A DNA stretch of 64,000 nucleotides from Octopus vulgaris (GCA_951406725.2 OX597818.1:79670001-79734000), one strand, 5' to 3'. Numbered from the stretch's first letter, positions 12,431 to 26,545 are shown. Numbers and translations: made by a program. The notes: a model not told the origin generated them from the letters alone.

Positions 12431-12924
12431 GGCACATACATACATACCTACATACATACATACATATGTGTATGTGTGCGCGCACGCATGTACGTGTATT
12501 TATATGCGTGTGTCTATATGATCGTGTTGGGTCTCAACAAGGTTTAACAACCGATACTGGTTTGTTTGTGTCCACGTAATTTAGTGGTTTGGCATAAAGG
12601 TCCGATAGAATAAGTACCAGGCTTTAAAAAAATAATTACAGGTGTCGATTCGTTCAACTAAAAAAGAAAAATACTTCCTTCATGGCGGTAGCCCGGCATG
12701 GCTGCAGACCAAAGATTAGAACAAATACAAGATAAAAGCTTCACACACACACTATATAAACGGCATTAAAATCCGAGTCCTGGTGAAGCATTTCTGCAAA
12801 ACCCGGCTATCAATTGTATATAAATGTAGGTGGTTTATCTGTAAGGAGAAAACTAACCGCGCAAGTTGAAATACTTCCAATATATTAGTAGTCGAGTATC
12901 TCTTATCTTTTATCTTTACTTGTT

Positions 12925-13684
12925 TCAGACAGGAAAGTACAAAACTGTGATTTCCTTCACAGTAGAATCCTCTGACTTCAATGCATCTGTTGAAGGCCCC
13001 TTAAAATCCTCCTCCAAAGTGAAGGTGCCCCGGATCCTTGTCACGGCCTCCTTTACTTGAACTTGAGAAACAACCAATTATCACAAGGAACAAGGTGTGG
13101 ACTGTAGGGGAGTTGTTTTGCCCTTCTCTGTCAAGTTGTTGGTTACCAGGATAGAATCGTGGACTGATGCATTGTCCTGGTGCAGATGCTCTGGCCTTTT
13201 GAAACAAATTCTCTTCCTGGTCCCCTTTATAACATCCCCAAAGTACGCTTTGTTAATCGTCTGGCCATAGGGACCAAACGGATGTAAATGATGCCATTAC
13301 TGTCGAAAAAGGGAATCGTCATGGGCTACTCGGTAGACTTACATTACCTGGCCTCTTGATCCAGCGAAGAACAGATGCTTCTCTCATAAAAGTTAGTCCA
13401 TTAGCAGTCTGGATCATTTCATAAGTTTTAATACCGTTTTAGCCATTTAGTACAAAACTTTATTGAATACCGAACTTCAAGATGGTCTTCAAACTAGTCA
13501 GTTGTGAAAGCAGTATTTTTCAGGGGTGTGCGCAGTGCTGTTACAGCCGTCTCCTTTAATCTGGAATCAATAGTTGGCAGGTCAGCTTATTAGTTGTTTA
13601 GTAATGACGTATTAAAAGTACAATAATCTAGAACAGTCATAACTGCGTTTCCCCAAAAGAATCTTAAATCTTAAAACCTTCATA
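12925..13684 (-). mobile_element. Degenerate, internally deleted mariner transposon
   Basis: Minus-strand pieces: TYEMIQTANG..., MTIPFFDSNGIIYI, LHQDNASVH, PYSPHLVPCDNWLFLKFK, RCIEVRGFY. Confidence 0.75.
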
Positions 13685-13699
13685 CATACAACACACACG

Positions 13700-13741
<42 letters not shown>

Positions 13742-14160
13742 AACACATACATACGTACATACATACATGCATACATACATACATGCACACATGCATGCCG
13801 GTAAACATACATAATACCTATACACGCACACATACATACTTACATACATACATACGTAGATACATACATAATACATACATAAATACATACGTACATACAT
13901 ACAAACATACATACATTCATATACACACACGCACGCACACTCACACACATACGTACATGCATGCATGCATTCATACATAAATACATACATACATACATAC
14001 ATGCATACATACACAGACATACACACATACATACATACACATACATACACATACATACATACATACTTACATACATACACACATACACACATACATACAT
14101 ACATACATACATACATACATACATACATACATACATACATACATACATACATACATACAT
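13684..14160. repeat. Compound (CA)n/(TACA)n microsatellite
   Basis: Direct reading. Confidence 0.95.
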
Positions 14161-14704
14161 AGTGGGTGTCAACTTTTAGACGAGTATGACCATCACTGAC
14201 AAATCATTTTAGCCTAGCTGCTAAAGAAAATTACTGCGACCCATGTCCATACTGAAGCTTAAAGTCTGTAACAACTTATACAACGCTGCTAAGTGACTTT
14301 CACCTACAAATCCAAGATGTTGTCAAGAAACAAAGAAGAGTAAGATATTCGGCTCCACAGAGGCGCGGGTGTTATTTCGAAATCTCCTTCTGCAGAGATA
14401 TCTACACTGAGGTTAGTCTCAGTTCTTGGATTAATTCTACTGAGATTAATTTTACTGAGTTGCTCCGTTCTTTGACATGTTTTGTTTCACGTCCTGCAGG
14501 GAGTTCAACGAAAACCACCCTTCTTACTAAGAAGGATTGGTTGCGTTGCTCAACCAATTTCCGATAATGTCAATGCCCAAGACCGAAAGTGGTGTCTCTG
14601 ACCAATTGTCTATCTATCCGTCCACCGTCTCCACCCTGAGTAGGGAGTTTTTAATAAACGTGTATATATCTATATTTAGATATCAGTTCTCTTCCTGGAT
14701 AAAT

Positions 14705-14706
14705 AT

Positions 14707-14773
<67 letters not shown>

Positions 14774-14848
14774 AGTGTATATACACAGCTTGATAGATAG
14801 CTAGATGGACAGAAAATGAGACGGACAGATAGACAGATAGACAGACAA

Positions 14849-14901
<53 letters not shown>

Positions 14902-14969
14902 CAGATAGATAGATAGATAGATAGACAGTTAGATAGATAGATAGATAGATAGATAGCTAGCTAGCTAGC

Positions 14970-15055
<86 letters not shown>
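14705..15055. repeat. (TG)n followed by a (GATA)n microsatellite block
   Basis: Direct reading. Confidence 0.95.
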
Positions 15056-16136
15056 CTAAGTCTGTCCGTTTATTTTTGGGGTGCAGGACATTTTTGTTTT
15101 GTTGGTTGGTTTTTGATGTGAGGTGGGGAAATCGAAGTGGGCAGTTAAGAAACATTAGCTTACATATTGAACTGGCTAACCTCCAATTTTCTCTCCACAA
15201 GCCAGTAGTCTAATCTATGACCAGATGTCTTCTCCTGTAGTGAGGCTAACATGCCACATATTGGCAAATCTGGGGAATGTTTGATGGTATGCGAAGTGAG
15301 AAGTTCGTGATTAAGTGGCAGGCGGCGACCATTGTCAAACTTTTTGTCGTTTTCTTTGTTGATATACATTCGAGCATATAGTAAGGTGGCGGTGTGTATA
15401 TACACACATACATACTCACACATACATATATATATACACACATATATATATATATACATATATATTTTTTTCGTTGAAAGTGGGGCTGGAGCGTAGGTGT
15501 GTAAATGCGTCCGTGTTTTCGTGTGAGGTGTGTTTATGCGAAAGGTGTATAAGAACGTGTTTCAGTGTGCAAATGTGTGACTATGTATGTTTGTGTCCGT
15601 TCAAGTTATTCAGTGTGTATGTAATTAACTATATACGTGGATTCATGATAATCTGTAGTTTTAAAGGATGCTTTCTTCAAATAGAAAAGCACAGAGATAA
15701 GTCACAAACTGGCTCTCGTCCTCCTCTACTCCCTTTCCCTTAAACTACTTCATTTCTTTTTTTTTTTTTTTTTTTTGTTAGCTTCGCACTCCTTTTCTCT
15801 TTTTCCGAAATAGGCACACGCACACACATACACTCACGCACACACACATACATACACACATACATGCATACACATACACATACACTCACATACGCGCACA
15901 CACACACAAACATTCGTACAAACACACGCACATATATACACTTTCACACTCACACTCACACACACATGCTCATAAAACTCTTATCCCCATTCTGTTTTCG
16001 TTTCCTCTGTTTAGCTCGCACCTTTTCATTCTTCTCATTCATCGCTCTTTCAAATTATCTTTCTCCTCTTTTTCTATGTACCTATATCTATCCATCCACC
16101 CATCCATCCATCCATCCATACATACATACATATATG

Positions 16137-16177
<41 letters not shown>

Positions 16178-16191
16178 CATATATATATATG

Positions 16192-16294
<103 letters not shown>

Positions 16295-16814
16295 ATATAT
16301 GTACATACATATAATATATATTATATTATGTATGTATGTATGTAGGCCTCACAGAAGGATAGCACATAAGACCCTTTTCAAATCCCCGAGACACATGGAA
16401 AAAAAGAAATAAGTAGGAAAACATTCTCTGACCGGATACCTAGCACCTTACCCCCACCTGTAACCCAACCCACTTATACCTGCCAGCACAATGTACTCTA
16501 TAGCACAGGTGATGGTGTTAAAGTAAGCAACGGATTAAGCTTATATTTCAAATCAAGAAGGACGCGAAAACACTTCCAAAAGTTTTCCTTACAGTTCCTG
16601 CCTACCAAAATGATCCGAGACGTTTGGGCAAAATGCTACGCAATACGATTATAGGGGATACCTCGTATTTGCGAAGCGAACTTCTTCAACATATGCGTGC
16701 GATGTGTGTGTGTGTGTAAATTTAAGTCATATTATATGGATTCAAGTAATCTGGTAATAGTGTAACATTCTATAAAACCTGTACCATATATTGTACGATA
16801 CTAGAGAAAAGGAT

Positions 16815-16857
<43 letters not shown>

Positions 16858-16859
<2 letters not shown>

Positions 16860-17075
16860 CTCTTTACTCTTTTACTCTTTTACTTGTTTCAGTCATTTGA
16901 CTGCGGCCATGCTGGAGCACCGCCTTTAGTCGAGCTAATCGACCCCGGGACTTATTCTTTGTAAGCCCAGTACTTATTCTATCGGTCTCTTTTGCCGAAC
17001 CGCTATGTGACGGGGACGTAAACACACTACCATCGGTTGTCAAACAATGCTAGAGGGACAAACACAGACACACAA

Positions 17076-17108
<33 letters not shown>

Positions 17109-17274
17109 CATATATACGACAGGCTTCTTTCAGTTTCCGTCTACCAAATCCACTCACAAGGCATTGGTCGGCCCGGGGCTATAGCAGAAGACACTTGCCC
17201 AAGATGCCACACAGTGGGACTGAACCCGCAACCATGTGGTTGGTTAGCAAGCTACTTACCACACAGCCACTCCT
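16858..17274 (-). mobile_element. SINE family A, young subfamily
   Basis: Near-identical to 57906-58307 and 46199-46609; TA repeats on both sides. Confidence 0.9.
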
Positions 17275-17689
17275 ATATATATATGGAACAAAAACGCAAT
17301 AGAGGACATTAAAACGTTCGGACAGATAGACGATACAAGACGGACAAGAGAAACAACAATTAGGAGAGGCAAAAAAAGACGAGGCATTCTTGGCTTTCTT
17401 TCATCGCTCAAGTCCCAAAAGTCACGACCATTTCGGGCAGTTACACTTGAGATGGTTCGATCTGATTGCCCCCCAAATGTCTAAGTTAAGAGCATTAGAC
17501 CCCTTTGTAAGAAAGCTAGCGAATGTGTACGGTAGCAAAAGCAAAAAAAACAACACAAATAGACAAAAAGCGGAGAACATGGTACACAATTACGAATACA
17601 AACAACAAGAAATAACAACATGCGTCTTTCGGCTGCGAATGGATCAAATTGAGCAGGCGTGTATGAAGTGAAGGCCTAAAGGCAGGAAC

Positions 17690-17845
17690 ATGGGCTTCTT
17701 TCAGTCTAACAAATCCACTCACAAGGTTTTCGTTGGCCCGAGGGTTTAGCGGGAGACACTTGCCACTTGTGCTACGTGGTGGGACTGAACCCGGAACTAT
17801 GTGGTTGGTAAGAAGCTACTTACCACACAGCCATTTCTGCGTCTA
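17690..17845 (-). mobile_element. SINE family A, 5' half
   Basis: GGGCTTCTTTCAGT...GGGACTGAACCCGGAAC...CTTTACCACACAGCCA. Confidence 0.75.
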
Positions 17846-19037
17846 TAGCCATATATATACAAACATACATACATATATATATAATCGATTCAAATAAACA
17901 GTTCAAATAAACGAATGAAAAAGGATAACATGAGAACGTGCATAAGAAATGTATTAGCTTGACGTTCAGTGAAGGGAGAGAGAGCTAGACGTTTCGAGGA
18001 TAGCTCTTCGTCGGAAAAGAGAAAGTGAAAAGTCCAAAGAAGGAACAGAAATCGCCAACGGCTCAAGCATAGTTACATTGCTGAAGTACCCTTAATTATA
18101 AGTTGAAATAAAAAGTAGTTTTGGGGGGACAGGAGAGTGCGAAGATGGCCAGTATATGTGTATGTATGGCTGGTAGTATCTGTGTTCGTGTGTTTGTGTT
18201 TGTGTCAGTCACCGGGTAGGTCAGTGGCGGGCGTTGTGTGTGTGTGTGTGTGTGTGCGTGCGTGCGCATGTGTGTTTGTGGTAATATATAAATACTTATA
18301 TGTAATATATATAGGTAAGATCCAAAGATGAAGGAGTAGGGAGACAGACACACACACATACCCCCACACATAGACCCCCACACACACAAGCACATACACA
18401 AATATATATATAGTAATATAAGAAAAAAACCACAAATCTTAAATACATCTACACAGGGCTTCCTCGTCGAAATAATAATCATCTTTACTCTCTTAGCAGA
18501 TCGACTGCTTTTCTACTTGTTGAAGTCGCACCACATAGTGTGTGTGTGCGTGTGTGTGTTTGTGCGTGCGCGCGCGCGTGTGTGTGTATCTGAGTGTATG
18601 TAAATGCACATATAGACACATAGATATGTATGTATGCAAAGGGTAAAATCCCCCTCGATTACGAATGACCATGCGACTGCACCTAGAAAGTTCCTCTCCA
18701 AGGGGCAAGTCCTGTGGCAAGGTTGTTTGTGAGACAAGTTGAAAGCGCGGTACGCTCTACAATTAACCTTAAAAATTTTGCCAAATATTTATTTATTTAT
18801 TTACCTCGCTTTCAACCAGTGCTAATGGAGTGGCAAAAAATGATGTGATTTTAGAGTCATTTGATGTTTATTTTTAGCGTTTAGATGCTGTTTCTCAGTA
18901 CCCTTAATTATAATTATATCTATATAATTATATATCTATATTAATTGTTACCTATATGGTTTTTATTACATGCTGGCTACTGATAAGATCCTTATTTTTA
19001 CATTAATTTTTATCTTTAATTGTGTATACATACACAA

Positions 19038-19122
<85 letters not shown>

Positions 19123-20901
19123 TATATTCACTCCCATCATTATATTCACTGCGGTATTATTTTGATCTAACACACGCGTGTTTGAGATGAATAATGGGAT
19201 TTGCCTCATCCATACGTGTGAATATATTTATGTATGTATGTATGTATGTATGTATGTATGCATATATGTATGTTTATATGAATTCATGCATATACGCATG
19301 TATTTGTATGGGCATGTATATATATTTGCATTTATGTACGTTTTGGCATATTCTGTTGACGAAGGTAGTCATTTTTATATTACTAAATCAAAAATCGTTC
19401 GATCTAGAATTAACCATAAAATTTTGCCAAATATTTTTATTTATTTGCCTCGCTTTCAACCTGTGCTAATGGAGTTTAAAAAATGATGTGGTTTTAGATT
19501 CATTTACCTTTGGGGCGTAAGAGTACAACAGGGGTCGCCACCACCCCCTACCGGGGCCTCGTGGAGCTTTAGGTGTTTTCACTCAATAAACATACACGCA
19601 CGCACACACAAACACACACACACACACACACACACATATATGTGCGTATGTATGTATGTATGTATGTATGTATGTATGTATGTATGTATGTATGTATGTA
19701 TGTATGTATGTATGTATGTATGTATGTATGTATGGGATGTAATTCAGAGTGGCCAGTGGTATTTAGTTGAGTAACAGAGACAAATACAGGTATATCAAAT
19801 AACATGCAACAAATTCTTGATTTATTGAAATAATCTCCCGAAGGTGCATCATAATTACCAAGTGGTAATTAAGACCAGCTTCGTATGAGAAGAGAAGATG
19901 TCCAAAACTAAAATGTCATTAAGGAAGAGGACAGGCTTCTTACAAGGAGATGATGACGATTCTTTCTGGCTCAGTACCTATCATCAGTAACTCAATTGTC
20001 GAGCTTTCTTTTCAGTAGTAAAACGATTTAAAGTAATTTAAATAATTTAATCTAAAATGAGCAAAGAGATATACCTCAGAGTAGCCAGTTGAAATTCAGT
20101 ATATCATATATACTATTTTTTTCTTTTTTTACTTGTGTCAGCTCGAGACCTGCACCATGCTGAAGCACCGTCGATAACTTTGTTTCACCTTCGATACTTC
20201 AAAAATCCTCTGATATGTGGCATCAAGTGAATGAGGGAATTTGATATTGCTACCCTCATCTGCGTTTCATGGCGCACGGTAGCTTCATCTGGAATTCCTA
20301 ACACGATAAGGTCCAGATTTGTGTCAGGGGTTTTGGGAGAATCATGAAGAGCTTTGGGACCTTGAAATTCAATTTGTTGTCCTGTATCCTGGTAACAATT
20401 TTTGAATTTTGCCACTACGCAGATAACACTATAATCACATTTAGTGACAAGTATATATATATGCATACGTGTTATTGTCTGTCTCCTGTCCAAACTTGAT
20501 TTACGCGTTCACCACCACAACGTCGTTTAGGTTTAGCAGTCCTTCTTACTTGTTTTCACTGTCCTCTTTGTGTTAGCAATTTTGACCCTCTGCAAAATCT
20601 CAAATTTTATGTAATTTGCTTTGCGGGTGCAATTGTTTTGTCGAAAGCATATATTGTTGTTAAATGCTCGAAACACGAGAGTTGAAAAGCAGCCAGCAAC
20701 TGATGAAGGGTCGTATTTTTGTTGTTTGCCTTGTCTTCCATTTGTGTATTTCGTTGTTCGAAAAAATAGTTCATATTCCATGTACTCGTACTTCGTATGT
20801 TTTTGTTGTACACGTTTCATGACGCCCTGTGCCCACATATACATATATATACGTATAGATGCAGGTATGTACATATACGTATGTATGTGTATATATATAT
20901 A

Positions 20902-21016
20902 TCACGTGATCACGTGACCGACCAGGCTATCAGATGTTGCTACACATCGCTGGTCACAATGTACTTCGCATTGTTTTAGCCTTCAAATGACGCCACCCCG
21001 CTGGCTAAGCGAGCAG

Positions 21017-21019
<3 letters not shown>
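20902..21019 (+). repeat. Unclassified 118-bp interspersed element (copy 1)
   Basis: TCACGTGATCACGTGACCGACCAGG...GCGAGCAGGTC; same boundaries as the copy at 59499-59616; both lie in (TA)n. Confidence 0.85.
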
Positions 21020-21099
<80 letters not shown>

Positions 21100-21105
21100 T
21101 GTGTA

Positions 21106-21141
<36 letters not shown>

Positions 21142-21248
21142 TGTATGTATGTATATGTATATGTATGTATGTATAATTTATATTATTATATGATTGAACG
21201 CCATGCATCCTCTTCTGAATAAGTTTTATCTATCTATCTATCTATCTA

Positions 21249-21337
<89 letters not shown>

Positions 21338-21402
21338 ATGTATGTTCGTATGCCTGTATACATACATACATACATACATACATACATACATACATACATA
21401 CA

Positions 21403-21433
<31 letters not shown>

Positions 21434-21436
21434 GTA

Positions 21437-22035
21437 CTAGATTAGTACCCGGCATTGCTCAGCAAGTCAGAAATTAGGTGGTGGCAAGTTTGTTGAATGA
21501 GAATTAACGTTATTTTGATTAAATTTATTATATCAAGGATAATACGTATATTATTTGAAACAATTTGTGACAGCTATGCACTTTTTAATATTCGTGTTTC
21601 CGTAACCCTCTATTCGAAGAAATATCAAAATGCCATTCCAGCCGTCAAAATCTAGACAATAAATAATTTTTATTATATACATGTACAAACACAAAACAAA
21701 TACGCAATATATGTGAATGTTTATAGATAGGCAATAAAAATATGGTATATGAGTGGGTTGGTCCATAAGCCGCCTCTTTAATGCCATTTGTTTTAATTAT
21801 TTCAAAATAAATTCGGATTTATATGTTTAGAACATTGGATATTATGTAAGCGTCTAACTAAAAACATTTGCGTATTCTATTTTTTTCCTTTTCAATTCTA
21901 TTTTCTTCACTGTATAACTCTAACCATAAGCTCTTTTCTCTAATTTAAAAAAATGATAGGTAGATGGGATTCATATCGCATAGCCCTACCTGTTACAGCC
22001 TGTTTCTGAAACATAGAGGGTGTAAAATTCTGCTA
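21437..22035 (-). mobile_element. Probable Helitron-like element (3' end visible; 5' boundary uncertain)
   Basis: Minus strand ends TGAGCAATGCCGGGTACTAATCTAG|T, the same hairpin+CTAG motif as the element at 5386-5761. Confidence 0.5.
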
Positions 22036-22075
22036 TCTTTCTTTCATGTCCCTCTTGTCATCTTTACTCTCAAAC

Positions 22076-22660
22076 ACAGACGTTTTCAAGATGGCCGAAA
22101 AAATGTCGATATTGACGAATGTTCCGGAAGACCCGCAAACAGCAGAACTGAGAAAAACAACGCAGATGTGCGTGCAACTGTGAAGGGAATCCTCGAATTA
22201 CCATCCTTGAGTTATCAGAAGATGTACAGATTAATTACGATTCAGTTTAGTCCTTTAAGATTTGGGTATGAGACGCGTGTCTTCCAAGTTCGTGTCAAAA
22301 CTGCTTTCAGCTTACCAAAAACACACTCGGGTTTCAGTTTCACACGATCTCCTTGATTGTGTCGAGAACGATGAAAACTTTGAAAACTTTGCGTAGGCCT
22401 CTGAGCAGATATCGTCAAACTTTTTGCAAAATTTGATGCAGATTCTCTGCTCAACTTTCTCTGTTATGGTCAATGCAACGATCACACGCTGGATACCGTC
22501 CTTCCAGCACTGCCGTAAATAGCGACAGTGTGCTAGAAGGTTAAAACTTAGTGTGTATGCACAGCAGAGTTTAACGTCAATCTGTGCCGAGCGGCTTTAG
22601 TCTGCGTGCTTTAGATTCATTACTATGGCAACATTCCGGATACTTATTGATCAGGTCACG
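22076..22660 (+). mobile_element. Double-left-end mariner derivative (copy 2, partial)
   Basis: RRFQDGRKNVDIDECSGRPANSRTEKN; same internal inversion junction (AAAACTTTGCGTAGGCCTCTGAG); terminus CTTATTGATCAGGTCACG|TA. Confidence 0.85.
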
Positions 22661-23154
22661 TATTAGATTACCAACAGCATACCATACGCCATTCGGCGTG
22701 ACATTGTCGTTGTGAAAATTGGATCCACTAAATAATTTAATTAAACTATTATTTAACAAGAACGAATCATTACTATTAACAGCAAAGTTATATCGAATAT
22801 AGGAATGAGTAATAGCAAACATATGAGACGTAATTACCTTTTTTGTTTAAATCATAACCTTCTGCATCACATTTGATTTTGCTCTAGGTGTAGAGAAAAT
22901 GTAAACACCAGCATCATGCAGATGGACACCCATGCACGAGTGTCAAGGTAGCTTGTTGTAAGAAACTATCGTTATAAAAGCATTTTTCCAAATCTATCTC
23001 TTGAGCAAGTAATCTACCTTTTGTCTTATTATGTTTGACATTACGACAATTAAAATAATAGCTCACAAAAACTCAGGGCAAGGGAAAATACTAGACTCAT
23101 ATACACACACTCTCAGGGACACATAGGTAGATGTATACATATTGATAGACAAAC

Positions 23155-23236
<82 letters not shown>

Positions 23237-23717
23237 TCTATCTGAAAGTCGAGATGCAGATTAAAATGACCTATGTCCCTTTCAATTACCTTTGATATAT
23301 AAGTCTGTGTGGTTGTTGGCGAGCAAGTATGCCAGCCTGTAGAATTAACAGTCACTTTTTTTTTATTTTGAGACAATAATCAACATTCTTCAGATTTAAA
23401 GTTTCGAGGAAGGAGAAATAAACTAGAGACTAATTTAAGCAAAAGGATTCGTGTTTAAAAGAACATTAGCGAAATATTTTAACATTGTAATGTATTGTTT
23501 CTGGCAAAATTGCGGTACACACAAATAGAAAGACAGAGAGTGAATTTTAGTATAGTAATGCTTATCGCCACTTCAGCATAACTATTCTGTAGGAACCGAC
23601 GTTACTACCATTTTAACCACATGGGGACGCCTCTTCCAGCTGGTTAGTCGATGCAATCTACACCCAATATATATTGCAAGCAGGGGAGCGAACCTTTATC
23701 ATCTTCCAGCGACGGGA

Positions 23718-23766
23718 CCACCGGACTGTACTGTTTCGAGCTATTTGTGCTCATACTCAGCGGTGG
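23718..23766 (-). ncRNA. Type I hammerhead-like motif with a perfect 6-bp stem I
   Basis: CCACCG-CTGAGTA-T-GAGC-ACAAATA-GCTC-GAAAC-AGTACA-GTC-CGGTGG; GUC triplet; G8 position reads U, so probably inactive. Confidence 0.65.
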
Positions 23767-23852
23767 ATACTCGCCCGCTAGAGAAAGTATTCCAGCTCGT
23801 AATATATAGAAAAATATGTGACAACCAGTCACTGATCTTGCAACAAGCATAG

Positions 23853-24045
23853 TAGCTAGTCAGAAAATCTCTATAAGAGATGAAAGCAGTAACTATACCG
23901 AGAAGTAATGTTTACCGCTACTTAAACAATGGTTGTTCCGTAAAAAACCGACTCTTATGGAGCAGCCATGTTTAAGTGGCAATAAATATTTAGTTCTCAG
24001 TATAGTTACTGCTTTCATCTCTTATAAAGATTTCCTGACAAGCTA
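23853..24045. repeat. Imperfect fold-back inverted repeat (arms about 90 bp)
   Basis: TAGCTAGTCAGAAAATCTCTATAAGAGATGAAAGCAGTAACTATAC... pairs with ...GTATAGTTACTGCTTTCATCTCTTATAAAGATTTCCTGACAAGCTA. Confidence 0.85.
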
Positions 24046-24072
24046 ATTTGCTTTTAGTATAGATTTTTTTAA

Positions 24073-24295
24073 TCTTTTTATCTTTTACTTGCTTCAGTCA
24101 CCGACTGCGGCCATGCTGGGACGTTAATTGAAGGCTTTAGTCGAACAAATCGGCCATAGCAATTATTACTAAATCTGGTACTTATTCTGTCTGTATCTTT
24201 TACCGAACTGGTAAGGTACGAGGACGTAAGCAAACCAACACTGGAGGTCGAGTAGTTGTGGGGAAAAACGCAAACATACAAACACATACCATACA

Positions 24296-24338
<43 letters not shown>

Positions 24339-24483
24339 GATGGGCATCCATGCAGACTATGTCAATCAAATTCAGTCAACAGGTATTGGTTGGACCAGGC
24401 CTATAGTAGACGCTTATCCAAGGTGCTACGCAATGGAACTGTATCCGAAACCACGTGATTTCAAAGCGACCTTCTTAACCACT
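24073..24483 (-). mobile_element. SINE family A, old copy
   Basis: Degenerate homology to both tail and head. Confidence 0.7.
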
Positions 24484-24982
24484 CATTATCATTATATGCA
24501 CTATATGTCTATCTATATAATATATGCCGAAGGTAAATATAATTGCACTCACCACTCCAATAGTGGGCCTAGTTCTTGCTTTGCTTATTTCAAACCAGGA
24601 AAAATGCTACATCGATCAAGGGAGGAATTGGATTTAAAGCATAAAAATAGTAAATTTCAGTGAACTGATTTGTTAAGAATAATGAAAAATCCAGACATTT
24701 CGGATAAATGTCCTTCAGAGAGAAAGGATACAGAGGTAGACAGGCGGTCGCAGAAAGCCCGTAACTACATAGTGTAAAGTAATTTATGTTTTACAACAGA
24801 GATCCCAATATGCATCACTCTCATTTCCAATCTAGTTAGTAATTATGACGTACAAGAGAGTTATAGTTTATCGATCTTTAATGCTAATAATTTTACTATA
24901 ATTTATTCAATAGTTTTATTGGCATAAATTGCTTTTACTGCATAACTGAATGCAGCACTTTGTGCTTTAGGTCCTCTCTCTC

Positions 24983-25385
24983 TCTTTTACTCTTTTACTT
25001 GTTTCAGTTATTTGATTGTGGCCATGCTGGAGCACCGACTTTAGTCGAAGAAATCGCCCCCAGGACTTATTCTTTGTAAGCCCAATACTTTTTCTATCGG
25101 TCTCTTTTGCCGAACTGCTAAGTTACAGGGACGTAAACACACCAGCATAGGTTGTCAACTGATGTTGGAGAACAAACACAGACACAAACATATACACAGA
25201 CACACACATATATATATACATATATACGATGGGCTTCTTTCAGTTTCCGTCTACCAAATCCACTCACAAGGCTTTGGTCGGCTCGAAGCTATAGTAGAAG
25301 ACACTTGCCCATGGTGCCACGCAGTGGGACTGAACCCAGAACCATGTGGTTGGTAAGCAAGCTACTTACTACACGGCCACTCCTT
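24983..25385 (-). mobile_element. SINE family A, full-length
   Basis: High similarity to 3278-3717. Confidence 0.88.
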
Positions 25386-25593
25386 CACCTTCACTCCGTG
25401 AAGTTTTTTTTTTTTGGTGGGGAAGTATACTTTCTCTTGTTTTAATCTTACATTACGTAATATGAATGCAGTGCCTGTTATGTGTTACTTTTTATCATAT
25501 ACAGCATGTACAGGTGTTTTGGTGATATAGCTGTCGGCACCTCTTTCTTGAATCATTTCCAGTATAGCTATTAATATTATATTTTCATTATTA

Positions 25594-26010
25594 AGCGGCG
25601 AGCTGTCAGAATCGTTAACACGCCGGACTAGATATGCTTAGCGGCATATCACCCGTTTTTAGGTTCTGAGTTGAAATTCCGGCGAGGTCGACTTTGCTTC
25701 TCATTTTTCGAGGTCGATAAATTAAGTACCAGTTCAACACTAGGGTCCTCAAAATTTCAGGCCTTGTCCCTCCGTTATTGTTATTATTATTGTTAGTCGA
25801 CGAGCTGACAGAATAGCCAGCACGCCGGGTAAAATGCTTAACGGTATTTCGCTCGTCCTTACGTTCTGAGTTCAAATTCCGTCGAGGTCGACTTTGCCTT
25901 TCACTCTTTCAGAGTCGATGAAATAAGTACCAGTTTCGCACTGAGGTCGATGTTATCGACTAGCCCCCTCCCCCAAAATTTCAGGTCTTGCGCTTATAGT
26001 AGAAAGAATT
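25594..26010 (+). mobile_element. Two tandem SINE family D copies (25594-25775 and 25796-26010)
   Basis: GCGGCGAGCTG(G/T)CAGAATCGTTA...GAGTTCAAATTCC..GAGGTCGACTTTGCCTTTCA...AAGTACCAG, each ending in (ATT)n. Confidence 0.85.
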
Positions 26011-26417
26011 ATTATTATTATTGTTGTAGAGATTATTTCTATTTGCATCCCCATACATTGTTTCTCTCTCTTTTTCAGACTGTTATAAATGTAGATTTTC
26101 TCCGTTCCTTTATTGAGAGATTTTAGTTATTTATCTTTTGCTTGAGCCGCATTGTCCTCTGTTGGATCTGATGCGTTAATTAAGAGACATTCCTGTTCCA
26201 ATAATATCTGCTCGATATTCCTTAATCTCCTCGTCTGTATGAACTGACACGTCTCAGATTATAGTCTCTTTGTCATTTTATTCTTTTGAGTCATTTTATG
26301 GCATAGGTTTCTTGTTGCTGTCATTATTATATAATATTCATATTATATATAATATTTGTATTATATAATATTGGCATAGAGAGTTATATATAACATATAT
26401 ATTATATATTATTTTGT

Positions 26418-26545
26418 GACGTGGCTGTGTGGTAAGACTTTTGCCTCCTAACCACATAGTGCCGGGTTCAGTCCCACTGCCTAGCACTTGTCTTCCAAAG
26501 CCTCGTGAGTGGATTTCAGAGACAGAAACTGAAAGAAGACCGTCG
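26418..26545 (+). mobile_element. SINE family A, 5' part
   Basis: GTGGCTGTGTGGTAAG...GGGTTCAGTCCCACTGC...GAAACTGAAAGAAGACCGTCG(TG)n. Confidence 0.7.
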
